Program-made: the position numbers and the translations under genes
Shown: positions 1 through 8,383 of the stretch, one piece after another
Position numbering within the stretch: the first letter of the stretch is position 1
How the letters are laid out: each line of letters begins with the position of its first letter
Virus record (IMG/VR): IMGVR_UViG_3300033153_012477
Location: 55,437-119,436 of that record
Length of the DNA stretch: 64,000 bases
DNA from: a virus
Taxonomy: Duplodnaviria; Heunggongvirae; Uroviricota; Caudoviricetes
Direction: 5' to 3' (one strand)
The notes under the pieces: model-generated
What the model was told of the DNA's origin: nothing
Databases searched by the model: none
The model's input: the letters and a program-made list of their open reading frames with translations, nothing else

Positions 1-1062
1 ATGGGAAAAAGAAGTATAAGATCTGCAGAAAAAAAAGGAGCTTACGCCTACTTCATAATAGATAGAGCAGGAAATGTTCACCAAAACTTTCCACTAAATA
101 GGTGGGGATATCATGGTGGCGAGTCAGCTTGGGAAGGTCTGCGTGGCTCTGTGTCTGATGAGTTGATGGGCATTGAAATACAGAATGCAGGAAGACTTAG
201 AGATTACTACCAAAATTCAAGTAAGGGTACTAAGTACGATTGTCCTGAAGGAAAACTAGCAGCTTGGTACACTAGACCTAAGTCTGGTGATTTATTTTTT
301 GATAAAGAAACAGAATGTAGATACTCAGAAAATAATGATAATATTCAAAAAGGTTGGTATCATGCCTACTCTCCTGAACAAGAAGAAGCTTTACTAGAAG
401 TTCTTATTTGGATGAAGAGAAATAATCCTGATGTGTTTGAATTAAAATATGTTTTAGGACATGATGAAGTTGCAGGTAAAAAAGGAATTGGACGAAATAG
501 AAAAAATGATCCAGGAGCAGCACTGTCTATGACGATGACGGAGTTCAGAAAAAAATTAGAAGATGAGTATACAAAAAGATACTCAGATAATATTGAACCA
601 AATCCCCAACAACCAGAACCTCCTCAAGCGGAAGAAGCTTCTTTAGAAGATATGATTGTAGCTTATAAAAAATATGATATAGAGTTTCCTGAATTAAAAG
701 AAATTACTGTAGCACAGTGGCTTCTGGAAACAGGGCACGGCGGATCTAATCTATTTAAAAGGTATAAGAACTGCGGTGGTGTGAAATGGAGAGGATCTCT
801 CGGAGTAGAAGAATCTTACGAAGTGAATTATACTGCTCACGACGGATTGGATGGTTATGCTGCTTTTGTAACTTTTGAAGGTTTCTTTAAATACTATTGG
901 AACTTTTTAGAAAGATCTTATTATGTTGGTTGGAGATCAGAAGCTAAGAAATCTCCCGAAGCATTTATGAGACACATTGTTGAGAGTGGTTACTGTCCTG
1001 GGGACGGTTACATAGACAAAGTCTTAAAACTTATTCCCACAGCTAAGAAATTACTTAAATAA
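1..1062 (+). CDS. Peptidoglycan hydrolase (endolysin): N-acetylmuramoyl-L-alanine amidase (Amidase_2/PGRP) domain plus C-terminal glucosaminidase (FlgJ-like) domain; probably 5'-truncated by the window edge
   Basis: N-terminal 'GYHGGESAWEG...MGIEIQNAG' matches the Amidase_2/PGRP zinc-amidase core. C-terminal 'AQWLLETGHGGSNLFKRYKNCGGVKW' matches the glucosaminidase motif (AQAxLESGWG...NNLFGIK). The upstream His ligand of the amidase domain is missing, so the Met at position 1 is probably internal. Confidence 0.6.
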   Translation: MGKRSIRSAEKKGAYAYFIIDRAGNVHQNFPLNRWGYHGGESAWEGLRGSVSDELMGIEIQNAGRLRDYYQNSSKGTKYDCPEGKLAAWYTRPKSGDLFFDKETECRYSENNDNIQKGWYHAYSPEQEEALLEVLIWMKRNNPDVFELKYVLGHDEVAGKKGIGRNRKNDPGAALSMTMTEFRKKLEDEYTKRYSDNIEPNPQQPEPPQAEEASLEDMIVAYKKYDIEFPELKEITVAQWLLETGHGGSNLFKRYKNCGGVKWRGSLGVEESYEVNYTAHDGLDGYAAFVTFEGFFKYYWNFLERSYYVGWRSEAKKSPEAFMRHIVESGYCPGDGYIDKVLKLIPTAKKLLK

Positions 1063-1064
1063 AA

Positions 1065-1090
1065 GAGAGGGAGCTTAGGCTCCCTTTTTT
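1065..1090. terminator. Bidirectional rho-independent terminator between convergent genes
   Basis: Hairpin GGGAGC-ttag-GCTCCC at 1069-1084 followed by TTTTTT on the plus strand. The reverse complement is also followed by a T-rich tract. It lies between the stop of the endolysin gene and the stop of the minus-strand ORF 1089-1703. Confidence 0.6.
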
Positions 1091-1703
1091 AATTCCAAAG
1101 CCATGGATCGCAGCAAAACTTTATTTTTTTATCATCCATAAGCTCTTCCCAGTTCTCATGAGCTATATTTTGATTTTGCCAGCTTCTGTGAAGCTTTTGA
1201 CTATACCTCTTGATCCATTTTGGAGCACTACGAGTATAAGAAGCTTGTTTTTTATCTCTAGATATTTGTTTGTGCTTTCTCCAATCTCTCTTAGCTTGTT
1301 CTTTTTCAGAAAGATTTTTCTTACCTTTATCTTTCCAGTTAACTTGCTCATGTCTGTTTCTGAAGGGAGCATCAAGATAGCTACGACGAAAATATCTTCC
1401 AGGATGATAACCTTTGATAACTCGGTGTGCAAATTGGTCAAAATCACAAGCAAGAACTTTTCTAGCTCTCCCCTCTCGATAAAGCTTCTCGATATGCATC
1501 CAATTTGCGTTAGCACCTGTGTAGTGGTACTTCCAATCACCTCGATGCCATCTCTTTTCATGAGGACCGTAGTAGCTGTCCCCGAGAGTATATCTCTCGC
1601 TCCATTTCTTATGGTAAAGTTTATAGCATTCTCTGACGTAAGTGTCAGAAGCATCGGTATCCCAGGATGGGACACAACTTTGATTTGGCAATGCCTTTTT
1701 CAT
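1089..1703 (-). CDS. Hypothetical basic (Lys/Arg/Trp-rich) protein
   Basis: 204-aa ORF with a strongly basic C-terminal half. It is the preferred reading over the overlapping hydrophobic plus-strand ORF 1158-1715. No recognisable motif. Confidence 0.4.
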   Translation of the reverse strand: MKKALPNQSCVPSWDTDASDTYVRECYKLYHKKWSERYTLGDSYYGPHEKRWHRGDWKYHYTGANANWMHIEKLYREGRARKVLACDFDQFAHRVIKGYHPGRYFRRSYLDAPFRNRHEQVNWKDKGKKNLSEKEQAKRDWRKHKQISRDKKQASYTRSAPKWIKRYSQKLHRSWQNQNIAHENWEELMDDKKIKFCCDPWLWN

Positions 1704-1790
1704 TTTCTCTCCTAAGTTAAGTTACTTATAGAGAGTGACCGAAAAAGCCTCCGTAATATTGTAGAATTATTGATGTGATCATTGTATTAC

Positions 1791-2207
1791 CTATATTTTT
1801 AAATATTCTTCTAAAACTCTTTCAACAGAAGCTTTCTTGTGTTTCTTATACTTCTTATGCTTCTTCTTATTATTTTCATGTTGAATAATCTGCTCTAAAT
1901 TATCAGGATGATTGTTCGAATTGTCAAGATCAATATGATTAATCATATAATCAGATTTTAACTTACCTTTTCTAGCTCTATAAACAACTCTTTGAGCGAA
2001 AAGAAACTCACCTTTATATCTAAATCTGACATAACCATCTTCTTTTTTGTACCCAACCTGTCTCCATTCTTTAGTCACACCTTGCCCATTCTTTGTTATC
2101 TTGGAGAAGATTTCACCTATTGGGGTTACTTTAAATAAAGGATCTTTAATCATTTCCTCTATAAGTTGGTCATTTTTTGATTCTAAAAGTCCTGAAGCTC
2201 CAGCCAT
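1791..2207 (-). CDS. HNH homing endonuclease
   Basis: 'INHIDLDNSNNHPDNLEQIIQHEN' is a classic HNH_3 motif (H...N...H/N). The Lys-rich basic C-terminal tail and small size fit free-standing phage HNH endonucleases. Confidence 0.55.
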   Translation of the reverse strand: MAGASGLLESKNDQLIEEMIKDPLFKVTPIGEIFSKITKNGQGVTKEWRQVGYKKEDGYVRFRYKGEFLFAQRVVYRARKGKLKSDYMINHIDLDNSNNHPDNLEQIIQHENNKKKHKKYKKHKKASVERVLEEYLKI

Positions 2208-2257
2208 ATATTCCTCTAATTTTTATAATACAACTAAATATTATAAAAATTAGTATG

Positions 2258-2584
2258 TTATTGTATCTCTTTTTCCTTTTTCTCTAGCAATTTCTCATAC
2301 ATTTCCATTCTTTTTTCCTCATAACCCTTACCATACAAGGATTTTGCTTCATTATAAAACTTTGATCCTCTCTCAAGATGGAGAGAGGAGTACATGACCA
2401 CAAAGTTTAAAGCAAATAGAGTAAGAGCATAGATAGCGTGAGAATAAGCTCTAGAGTAACTACCTATGTGATAAGCTTCAAAGAACCCATAGATATTTGT
2501 ACAGGAGAGTGTAAAAAGCAAGAACACTAGAAATTTACTGGATAGGTTTAATGAAAGAAACCCTTCTTTAAGAAGCTTTAGCAT
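2258..2584 (-). CDS. Small membrane protein (hypothetical)
   Basis: 108 aa with two to three hydrophobic helices (FLVFLLFTL..., LTLFALNFVVMY). Confidence 0.35.
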   Translation of the reverse strand: MLKLLKEGFLSLNLSSKFLVFLLFTLSCTNIYGFFEAYHIGSYSRAYSHAIYALTLFALNFVVMYSSLHLERGSKFYNEAKSLYGKGYEEKRMEMYEKLLEKKEKEIQ

Positions 2585-3101
2585 CTTGATACTCCTTAAA
2601 AATATTTTTAACTAAAACTTTAAAAGCTTCTAATTGCTCAGGATAATTTAAGTTATATGTGGGTATCCCATGATCTACAGCACACCTTAGAGCATACCCT
2701 GTGCCCCCTACTTCTGAAGTTTGGTAATCTCCCATAGGTGTCCAACAAACTAGGAACTCTGCAGGTTCTTTTCCATGCTCTCCTAAAACTTGCATCATAT
2801 TTCTAGCCAGCAGTCCTCTAACATAATCTTGCCAAGAATCAAAAGTTGCAGGTCTGTCATTTGGTAAATATTTTTTAACAGTATCATACGCCCAAGGTCT
2901 AGCATCCTTGTGAGTAAAGATTTCTTTATTCTTTGGGTTTTTTACCCCTTTCTCAAAAGCTTTATCTGAACCCTTAGCTTTACCAGATCTTAAAGTATAG
3001 CCACACTGTTCTAGTATCGAAGCGATCTTAGTCATGAAGTCTAATATCTTCTGAGGTGCATTGCGAGATCCTATCCCTATATAAGTTAATTTATTCTTCA
3101 C
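2568..3101 (-). CDS. SLOG-superfamily (DprA/Smf/YpsA-like) Rossmann-fold protein
   Basis: 'IGIGSRNAP...GYTLRSGKAKGSDKAFEKG' resembles the GSR...G...SGxAxGxD signature of the DprA/LOG-like SLOG fold. Weak, by eye only. Confidence 0.3.
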   Translation of the reverse strand: MKNKLTYIGIGSRNAPQKILDFMTKIASILEQCGYTLRSGKAKGSDKAFEKGVKNPKNKEIFTHKDARPWAYDTVKKYLPNDRPATFDSWQDYVRGLLARNMMQVLGEHGKEPAEFLVCWTPMGDYQTSEVGGTGYALRCAVDHGIPTYNLNYPEQLEAFKVLVKNIFKEYQDAKAS

Positions 3102-4197
3102 AAGCTTCTTCTATAGGTTCACAGTCACAGCCTAACTCGGTACCACACGCTGGACAACAGTTTTCTTCTCTCCACTTTTTCTCTCTTTCCTCTATGATCT
3201 CCAAAGATTTTGTTAAAACCTTTTTAGAAACAGAGTCATTACCATGTTGCTCTCCATTCATAGCAGGAAAGAAGAAAACATTTGCTGAGAAGAGCATTGC
3301 TCTAGCAGCACTCCACTCACAGTATTCTTTTACAATAGAACCGTCTTCAAAAGAATCACAGTATATATCGCTTAAGTAGGACCAATCTTCAAATGCCCAA
3401 AGACCATCATTTCTGGTATTTCTACGATCTAGGGGATGACCAAATAAAATTCGGGATTGTCTTAACAGTTTATCTAGTTCAGGATCACCTGTTTTCTCAT
3501 CTTGACTTTGCAGTTTATTATAAGTTTCTATACCATCTTGGATACTCTTAAACTTTGGCAGGTAACAAGAATCCTTTTCATAAGGAGTGAGATCTAAAAC
3601 AACACCGTGTTTTTCGATGTAATTTTCAGCAAGCTCATAAGAACTATCTAACCAGTCTCCATAGTACTCATCTCTAGTATCTTTATCGAAAACTCTCGGA
3701 GAACCATAGTCGCCTACACAAACATAAGCTTCCTCGTCTTCTACCTCTGGATGAAAATAAAAGCGATCATCTCTATTTTCTCTTTTTTTCTCTTTGTCTA
3801 AAACAAACCCCAACTCTTTAATCATCTCTTCGTCGGGATTAGCTTCTGCTCTTGTAGAGCCTTTAGATAAGAGATTGTAGATATCTTCGTGGATAAACAT
3901 ACCTGAAAGATTTTCCATGATATTTATTTTTTCCTGCATCTCTTTTGAAACACCTATGTAATACCCAGTTAATTCAGCAAAATCAGATAAAAGATAGTTG
4001 CGGTAAAAACCGTTATGCTCTCTCTTCTTAACTTCTTTCTCTGTTTCTTTTTCTAAAATATAATAACCCTCAGTTTTTGCACCAAATCTTGTTTTTATTA
4101 AGTAAGGAAAATCTTTATATGTATAATAATTAGCTCTATCAGTTTCTTCAAATCCCATCTCAAACATAAACTCTTTAGTAAGATCAGACTTGCTCAC
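3091..4197 (-). CDS. Hypothetical acidic protein with a C-terminal Cys cluster (CCPACGTELGCDCEP)
   Basis: 368-aa ORF with no recognisable catalytic motif. Its start is translationally coupled to the upstream gene. Confidence 0.45.
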   Translation of the reverse strand: MSKSDLTKEFMFEMGFEETDRANYYTYKDFPYLIKTRFGAKTEGYYILEKETEKEVKKREHNGFYRNYLLSDFAELTGYYIGVSKEMQEKINIMENLSGMFIHEDIYNLLSKGSTRAEANPDEEMIKELGFVLDKEKKRENRDDRFYFHPEVEDEEAYVCVGDYGSPRVFDKDTRDEYYGDWLDSSYELAENYIEKHGVVLDLTPYEKDSCYLPKFKSIQDGIETYNKLQSQDEKTGDPELDKLLRQSRILFGHPLDRRNTRNDGLWAFEDWSYLSDIYCDSFEDGSIVKEYCEWSAARAMLFSANVFFFPAMNGEQHGNDSVSKKVLTKSLEIIEEREKKWREENCCPACGTELGCDCEPIEEACEE

Positions 4198-4231
4198 ATT
4201 ATTGAAAAGTTCAGGCTTCTTAAAGAAATTC

Positions 4232-4516
4232 TTAGTAAGGCATATTAAAAAATTTCTCTATAGCTACGGTATTAGCATCCTGATCAACAAGCTCAATTCC
4301 ACCATAGTCATTATATTGACCCCTGATAGGAAGAGTTAGTGGGTTAAAGTAACAGTTGGAGTAGATTAAACCAGAATGGGTTCCTACAAGGTGGTGTTTA
4401 TGGTCAGGATAATTTCTAATGCCCCAATTATTTGGGAGAAGGGGGATATAGACGACCCTATCACAATGATTAATAGAAAGGTTACTTACTGAACAAGCTA
4501 CATTAAAACATCCCAT
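4232..4516 (-). CDS. Hypothetical protein
   Basis: 94-aa ORF in the co-directional block. No motif. Confidence 0.3.
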   Translation of the reverse strand: MGCFNVACSVSNLSINHCDRVVYIPLLPNNWGIRNYPDHKHHLVGTHSGLIYSNCYFNPLTLPIRGQYNDYGGIELVDQDANTVAIEKFFNMPY

Positions 4517-4517
4517 T

Positions 4518-5024
4518 TTATATCTCCCACACTACCCAAGTTATTTTTTTATCTATTTTAGAACAAGCTAATTTAATTACTTTTTCTGTAGCATCCCAAG
4601 GTGTAGCAAAATACCCCGAATTAATTTTCGGAGAATAAATAGTAATTTCATCTTCAGAAATTGTATTTAACATATTCTGCAACGCTGTATAGGTTTGCAC
4701 AAGTATTTTCTTTGGAGGATCCTTTAATTTTCCATAGCGTTTGCTTGTTATCAAACAAGCTATCTTATAATCTTTGTGACGCACTATATAACCGTCACCA
4801 CATACATTGCCTTTTTTGATATAAGCTAAGTAAGCATCAGGAAATATCCTCTTGAATAAAATTGCTACCCCAGCACCCCATAGACCTTGTGCGTTACAGG
4901 CATGTAAGTAGATAACATCCTTGTTTAATTCTTTAAACAGGTTTCCTTTTTTATATAGCATTTCCATTTGCCTTATCCTTGTAGATCTGTATACACTATA
5001 CAGACTATAAATTTGATATGTCAA
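4518..5024 (-). CDS. Macro-domain protein (TARG1/OARD1/Poa1p-like ADP-ribose processing); true start probably an internal Met
   Basis: 'HACNAQGLWGAGVAILFKRIFPDAY' resembles the OARD1/TARG1 macrodomain signature (...MGAGIAVLFKKKFG...). The annotated start is only 3 bp from the divergent ORF at 5028, so it is probably over-extended. Confidence 0.4.
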   Translation of the reverse strand: MTYQIYSLYSVYRSTRIRQMEMLYKKGNLFKELNKDVIYLHACNAQGLWGAGVAILFKRIFPDAYLAYIKKGNVCGDGYIVRHKDYKIACLITSKRYGKLKDPPKKILVQTYTALQNMLNTISEDEITIYSPKINSGYFATPWDATEKVIKLACSKIDKKITWVVWEI

Positions 5025-5027
5025 TGA

Positions 5028-5981
5028 GTGATATATAGTGTTAAGGAAAACGCATTGAAAATATTAGTAACAGGCGGAGCTGGTTTTATAGGTTCACATC
5101 TTGTAGATAAACTTTTAGAGAAAGGTCAACAGGTTACGGTTTTAGATACATTTCAAACAGGATCTGAAGACAATCTGATCGCTCATAAAAATTTAAAAAT
5201 AATCAATCAGGATTTAGCATTAATCCCTCTCTCTACTCTAGAAGACATTATTATTGAAAGCGACATAGTCTACCATTTAGCAAGTGTTGTTGGAGTAGCT
5301 TTAGTTGATGAAATTAAAGACGCTGGTATGCACACTAACCTAATAATGGCTACCAAGCTATTTCCTATAATCGAAAAATATCAAAAAAAATTAGTTTTCA
5401 CAAGTACTTCAGAAGTTTATGGGTCTAGAAATTACCCTTGCAACGAGAATCATTATTTAACAGTAGGTCCCCCAACTAAACTCAGATGGAGTTATGCTTG
5501 TGCTAAACTCATGCAAGAGTTCATGATACACTCTTACTCCTTCCCTTTTGTTATAGCTCGACTATTCAACGTGACAGGTCCAAGACAATCCTGGAAATAC
5601 GGAATGGTTCTCCCTAAGTTTATTAGAGCAGTTAAAGCTGGAGAACCCTTAAAGGTTTACGGTAGTGGAGAACAGACTAGATGTTTCTGTCATATTAAAG
5701 ACTGTACTGAAGTTTTATATGAGATGGGGATATATAGAGAGTGTGACGGAGAGATTGTAAATATAGGAACTGCTGAAGAAATAAGTATGAAAAAACTTGC
5801 TGAGAAAGTTATCAGACTTAGCAAGAGTAATAGTGTTATTGATTATGTTCCTTATGAAAAAGAGTTTTCCAAGCAACATGACGACATCTTCCAAAGAGTT
5901 CCTGATGTACATAAGATGAAGCTACTTTTAGGATATGAAACTAAATTATTCTTAGATGATATTATCCAGGACATGTTATGA
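5028..5981 (+). CDS. NAD-dependent sugar-nucleotide epimerase/dehydratase (short-chain dehydrogenase family, UDP-glucose 4-epimerase/UDP-glucuronate decarboxylase-like)
   Basis: Rossmann motif 'KILVTGGAGFIGSHL', catalytic 'YACAK' (YxxxK) and 'STSEVYG'. The likely real start is the TTG at 5061, giving the typical 'M-KILVTGGAG' N-terminus after an AGGAAA ribosome-binding site. Confidence 0.8.
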   Translation: MIYSVKENALKILVTGGAGFIGSHLVDKLLEKGQQVTVLDTFQTGSEDNLIAHKNLKIINQDLALIPLSTLEDIIIESDIVYHLASVVGVALVDEIKDAGMHTNLIMATKLFPIIEKYQKKLVFTSTSEVYGSRNYPCNENHYLTVGPPTKLRWSYACAKLMQEFMIHSYSFPFVIARLFNVTGPRQSWKYGMVLPKFIRAVKAGEPLKVYGSGEQTRCFCHIKDCTEVLYEMGIYRECDGEIVNIGTAEEISMKKLAEKVIRLSKSNSVIDYVPYEKEFSKQHDDIFQRVPDVHKMKLLLGYETKLFLDDIIQDML

Positions 5982-6652
5982 GTAAGACAGCCTTAGTGGT
6001 AGTTGCACACCCTGACGATGAGGTGCTTGGAGTTGGAGGTACTATTCTTAAACTTCAAGAAGAATTTGGTTATGATGTTCTTGTAGAATTTTTAACAACT
6101 ACTAAACCTGATAAAAAGTGGGATCAAGTTGATAGAGCTTCAAAAATTCTTGGCACAATTTGGGATAGACCCAACTTTGAGAGTACGGGAGAAGTGTTTT
6201 ACCCCCTAACTTTAGATTCAGAACCGATCACTAATTTAGTAGATTACATCGAACCTATCATTATGGATGTTAGACCTGATATAGTATTCACACATCACAT
6301 AGGAGATCTCAATCAAGATCATAGAGCTGTATCGGAAGCAGTATTGATAGCTACACGACCTTACCCCGACCAGCCAGTCAAGAAGTTGTACACTTTTGAT
6401 ACACCCAGTTCCACAGAATGGAGCTTTGGAGAGTTTCAGAAATTTGAACCTAATGTGTTTATAGATATAACTGATTACTTTAATATAAAACTGAAAGCTT
6501 TAATGATGTATGAAGAAGAAATAAAAGATCTTAAGTTTCCCCACCCTCGTTCTTTAGAAGCTTTAACAATGAACAGTAAGCTAAAAGGCAGTGTGGTGGG
6601 ATTAGAAAAATCTGAAACTTTTAGGTTGATAAGGTCTATTGATATCTTATAA
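5978..6652 (+). CDS. PIG-L/LmbE-family N-deacetylase
   Basis: N-terminal 'VVAHPDDEVLGVGGTI' is the AHPDDE zinc-binding signature of GlcNAc-PI de-N-acetylase/LmbE-like enzymes. Its start overlaps the stop of the upstream gene. Confidence 0.75.
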   Translation: MSKTALVVVAHPDDEVLGVGGTILKLQEEFGYDVLVEFLTTTKPDKKWDQVDRASKILGTIWDRPNFESTGEVFYPLTLDSEPITNLVDYIEPIIMDVRPDIVFTHHIGDLNQDHRAVSEAVLIATRPYPDQPVKKLYTFDTPSSTEWSFGEFQKFEPNVFIDITDYFNIKLKALMMYEEEIKDLKFPHPRSLEALTMNSKLKGSVVGLEKSETFRLIRSIDIL

Positions 6653-6712
6653 ACTATTAATATAGGTTAAATTAAGACTTATATCAAAAGACTTGAGACA
6701 GGAGAATAGCTG

Positions 6713-7813
6713 ATGCTGATAACAGAATTTGTAATAACCGAATCTTGCAACCTAGCATGCACCTATTGCTACATGGCTAATAAAAGTAAGTTCATGGAGA
6801 AGGCAGAAGTAGATCTGTTTATCGAAAAAGTAGGAAACATATTAAAACTATACAAACAAAAAGAATATCATATCTCATTCTTTGGCGGAGAGCCTTTATT
6901 AAACTGGGACATTATAAAATACGCCACCCCTAAGTTTAACGCCGACCCTAGATGCCATAGCGTTATGATTATATCTAACGGTCTTCTTTTAGATGAAGAA
7001 AAGTTAAGATTTATAAAAGAAAATAATCTAGGTTTCTCACTATCATTTGATGGGCTTTGGCAAAAAGAGAATAGACCACTTGTGTCAGGTAGTTCTAGTT
7101 TTGATGCCTACATTGAAAAGAAACCCCTAATCAAGCAACTGGTGAACTCATCAAAGTGTATGGTATCCCCTCAAAACCTCGATACTCTTGTGGAGAATCA
7201 CATCTTCCTTACTCAAGAATATGGTTTCACTACTCCTGATTTTTCTTTAGTACGAGATGATATTTGGTCAGCAGACGATGTTAAAGTTTTTGAGACCGAA
7301 GTAGTAAAGTTAGCCGACCACTGCATTAAGAGAATTAAAGAGGGACACTTTGAGATCAGCGGTCTTTTTGGATTGTATATCTTAGATATGATCGTTGGGG
7401 ATCAAATTGGTAAAAGAGGTTGGGGATGTTTTGCAGGTAAAAATGGAGTAGGTTATAGCAGTGAGGGAGTTTTTTACCCCTGTGCTAGATTTGCTTCAGG
7501 AGACGAGTATGGTCTTTACGATGCGAAAAAAGAAATATGGTACAAAGGTAATATAGCTTTTATGCTTCACCCTAAGGTAACCAACCCAAAAGAATACCCA
7601 GAGTGTAAGGAATGTGAGTTGTATCAGTACTGTAATGCTGGGTGTACCTATTCAGAAATAAAAAATGGAAACGGCGAGAGAGCAGTACCTATAGATGGTT
7701 TATGTGATGTTCTTAAACTTTGTTATAGAGAATCTACTAGAATGGCAGTAGAGTTAAAAGATGTTCCCGTATTTAAAAATATTATTGAAAATATGTTAAG
7801 AAATTCAGGTTAA
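6713..7813 (+). CDS. Radical SAM enzyme with C-terminal SPASM domain (anaerobic sulfatase-maturase-like)
   Basis: 'ITESCNLACTYCY' (CxxxCxxC), 'FFGGEPLLN' and a C-terminal Cys cluster 'CKECELYQYCNAGC...C' typical of SPASM auxiliary Fe-S domains. AGGAGA ribosome-binding site upstream. Confidence 0.8.
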   Translation: MLITEFVITESCNLACTYCYMANKSKFMEKAEVDLFIEKVGNILKLYKQKEYHISFFGGEPLLNWDIIKYATPKFNADPRCHSVMIISNGLLLDEEKLRFIKENNLGFSLSFDGLWQKENRPLVSGSSSFDAYIEKKPLIKQLVNSSKCMVSPQNLDTLVENHIFLTQEYGFTTPDFSLVRDDIWSADDVKVFETEVVKLADHCIKRIKEGHFEISGLFGLYILDMIVGDQIGKRGWGCFAGKNGVGYSSEGVFYPCARFASGDEYGLYDAKKEIWYKGNIAFMLHPKVTNPKEYPECKECELYQYCNAGCTYSEIKNGNGERAVPIDGLCDVLKLCYRESTRMAVELKDVPVFKNIIENMLRNSG

Positions 7814-7836
7814 TAAACAAAAAAAGGAGATCTCCT

Positions 7837-8370
7837 ATGACTACTGAAGAGTTAAAAGAAGTAAAAGAAACTAGTGAACCTCAAAATACCGAGGAAGTAA
7901 CAACATCGATGGATGAGGCTATGGAAGCTGCAAAAGAAATGCAGGACTTAAGCTCTGTTTGTGATAATAACCAAGGTCCTCAGGAAGATCCAGGAATCGA
8001 GTGTAACATTGACGAAATGAGAAGTGCCTTCTATGGAACATCACTTAACTTATTTCAAGCTGCTAAAAGTTTAAAGCCTTATGATATCTTTTATACAGAT
8101 ACTCTTCTTACTCAGGCTCAGTATTTTTTAAATTTAGCGGACAACTATGACACTCTTTACTCTATGGCTAAGATGAACAGTGAGATGCCTTTAAATAAGC
8201 TTTCTTCTAAAGTTCCTGATGAAGTTGTTAATCAAATCGATGACTATGCAACTGCAATTGAAAACAGAATGGCGACTTTGAAAAGCAAAGCTAATGTTTC
8301 TGATGAAGTTGTTGCCAATGTCGATGATATTGCTAATGCTATTCAAGAAAAATTGAATAAAAAAGCTTAA
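7837..8370 (+). CDS. Hypothetical acidic protein
   Basis: 177 aa, highly acidic, preceded by an AAGGAG ribosome-binding site. It sits between rSAM genes and could be an accessory or scaffold protein. No motif. Confidence 0.5.
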   Translation: MTTEELKEVKETSEPQNTEEVTTSMDEAMEAAKEMQDLSSVCDNNQGPQEDPGIECNIDEMRSAFYGTSLNLFQAAKSLKPYDIFYTDTLLTQAQYFLNLADNYDTLYSMAKMNSEMPLNKLSSKVPDEVVNQIDDYATAIENRMATLKSKANVSDEVVANVDDIANAIQEKLNKKA

Positions 8371-8383
8371 TAAGGAAACTCTT

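Noticed and set aside
1158-1715. 185-aa plus-strand ORF (and 1163-1675 minus-frame ORF) overlapping the 1089-1703 minus-strand gene
   Set aside because: Its product is a low-complexity hydrophobic/Ser-Phe-rich translation typical of a shadow frame, so the minus-strand basic protein is more plausible. Only one of them can be real.
5025-5027. Divergent genes (4518-5024 minus, 5028-5981 plus) apparently separated by only 3 bp
   Set aside because: Both start codons are probably over-extended by ORF calling. The internal Met at about 4967 and the TTG at 5061 with an AGGAAA ribosome-binding site give a realistic divergent promoter region of about 90 bp, so there is no real gene overlap anomaly.
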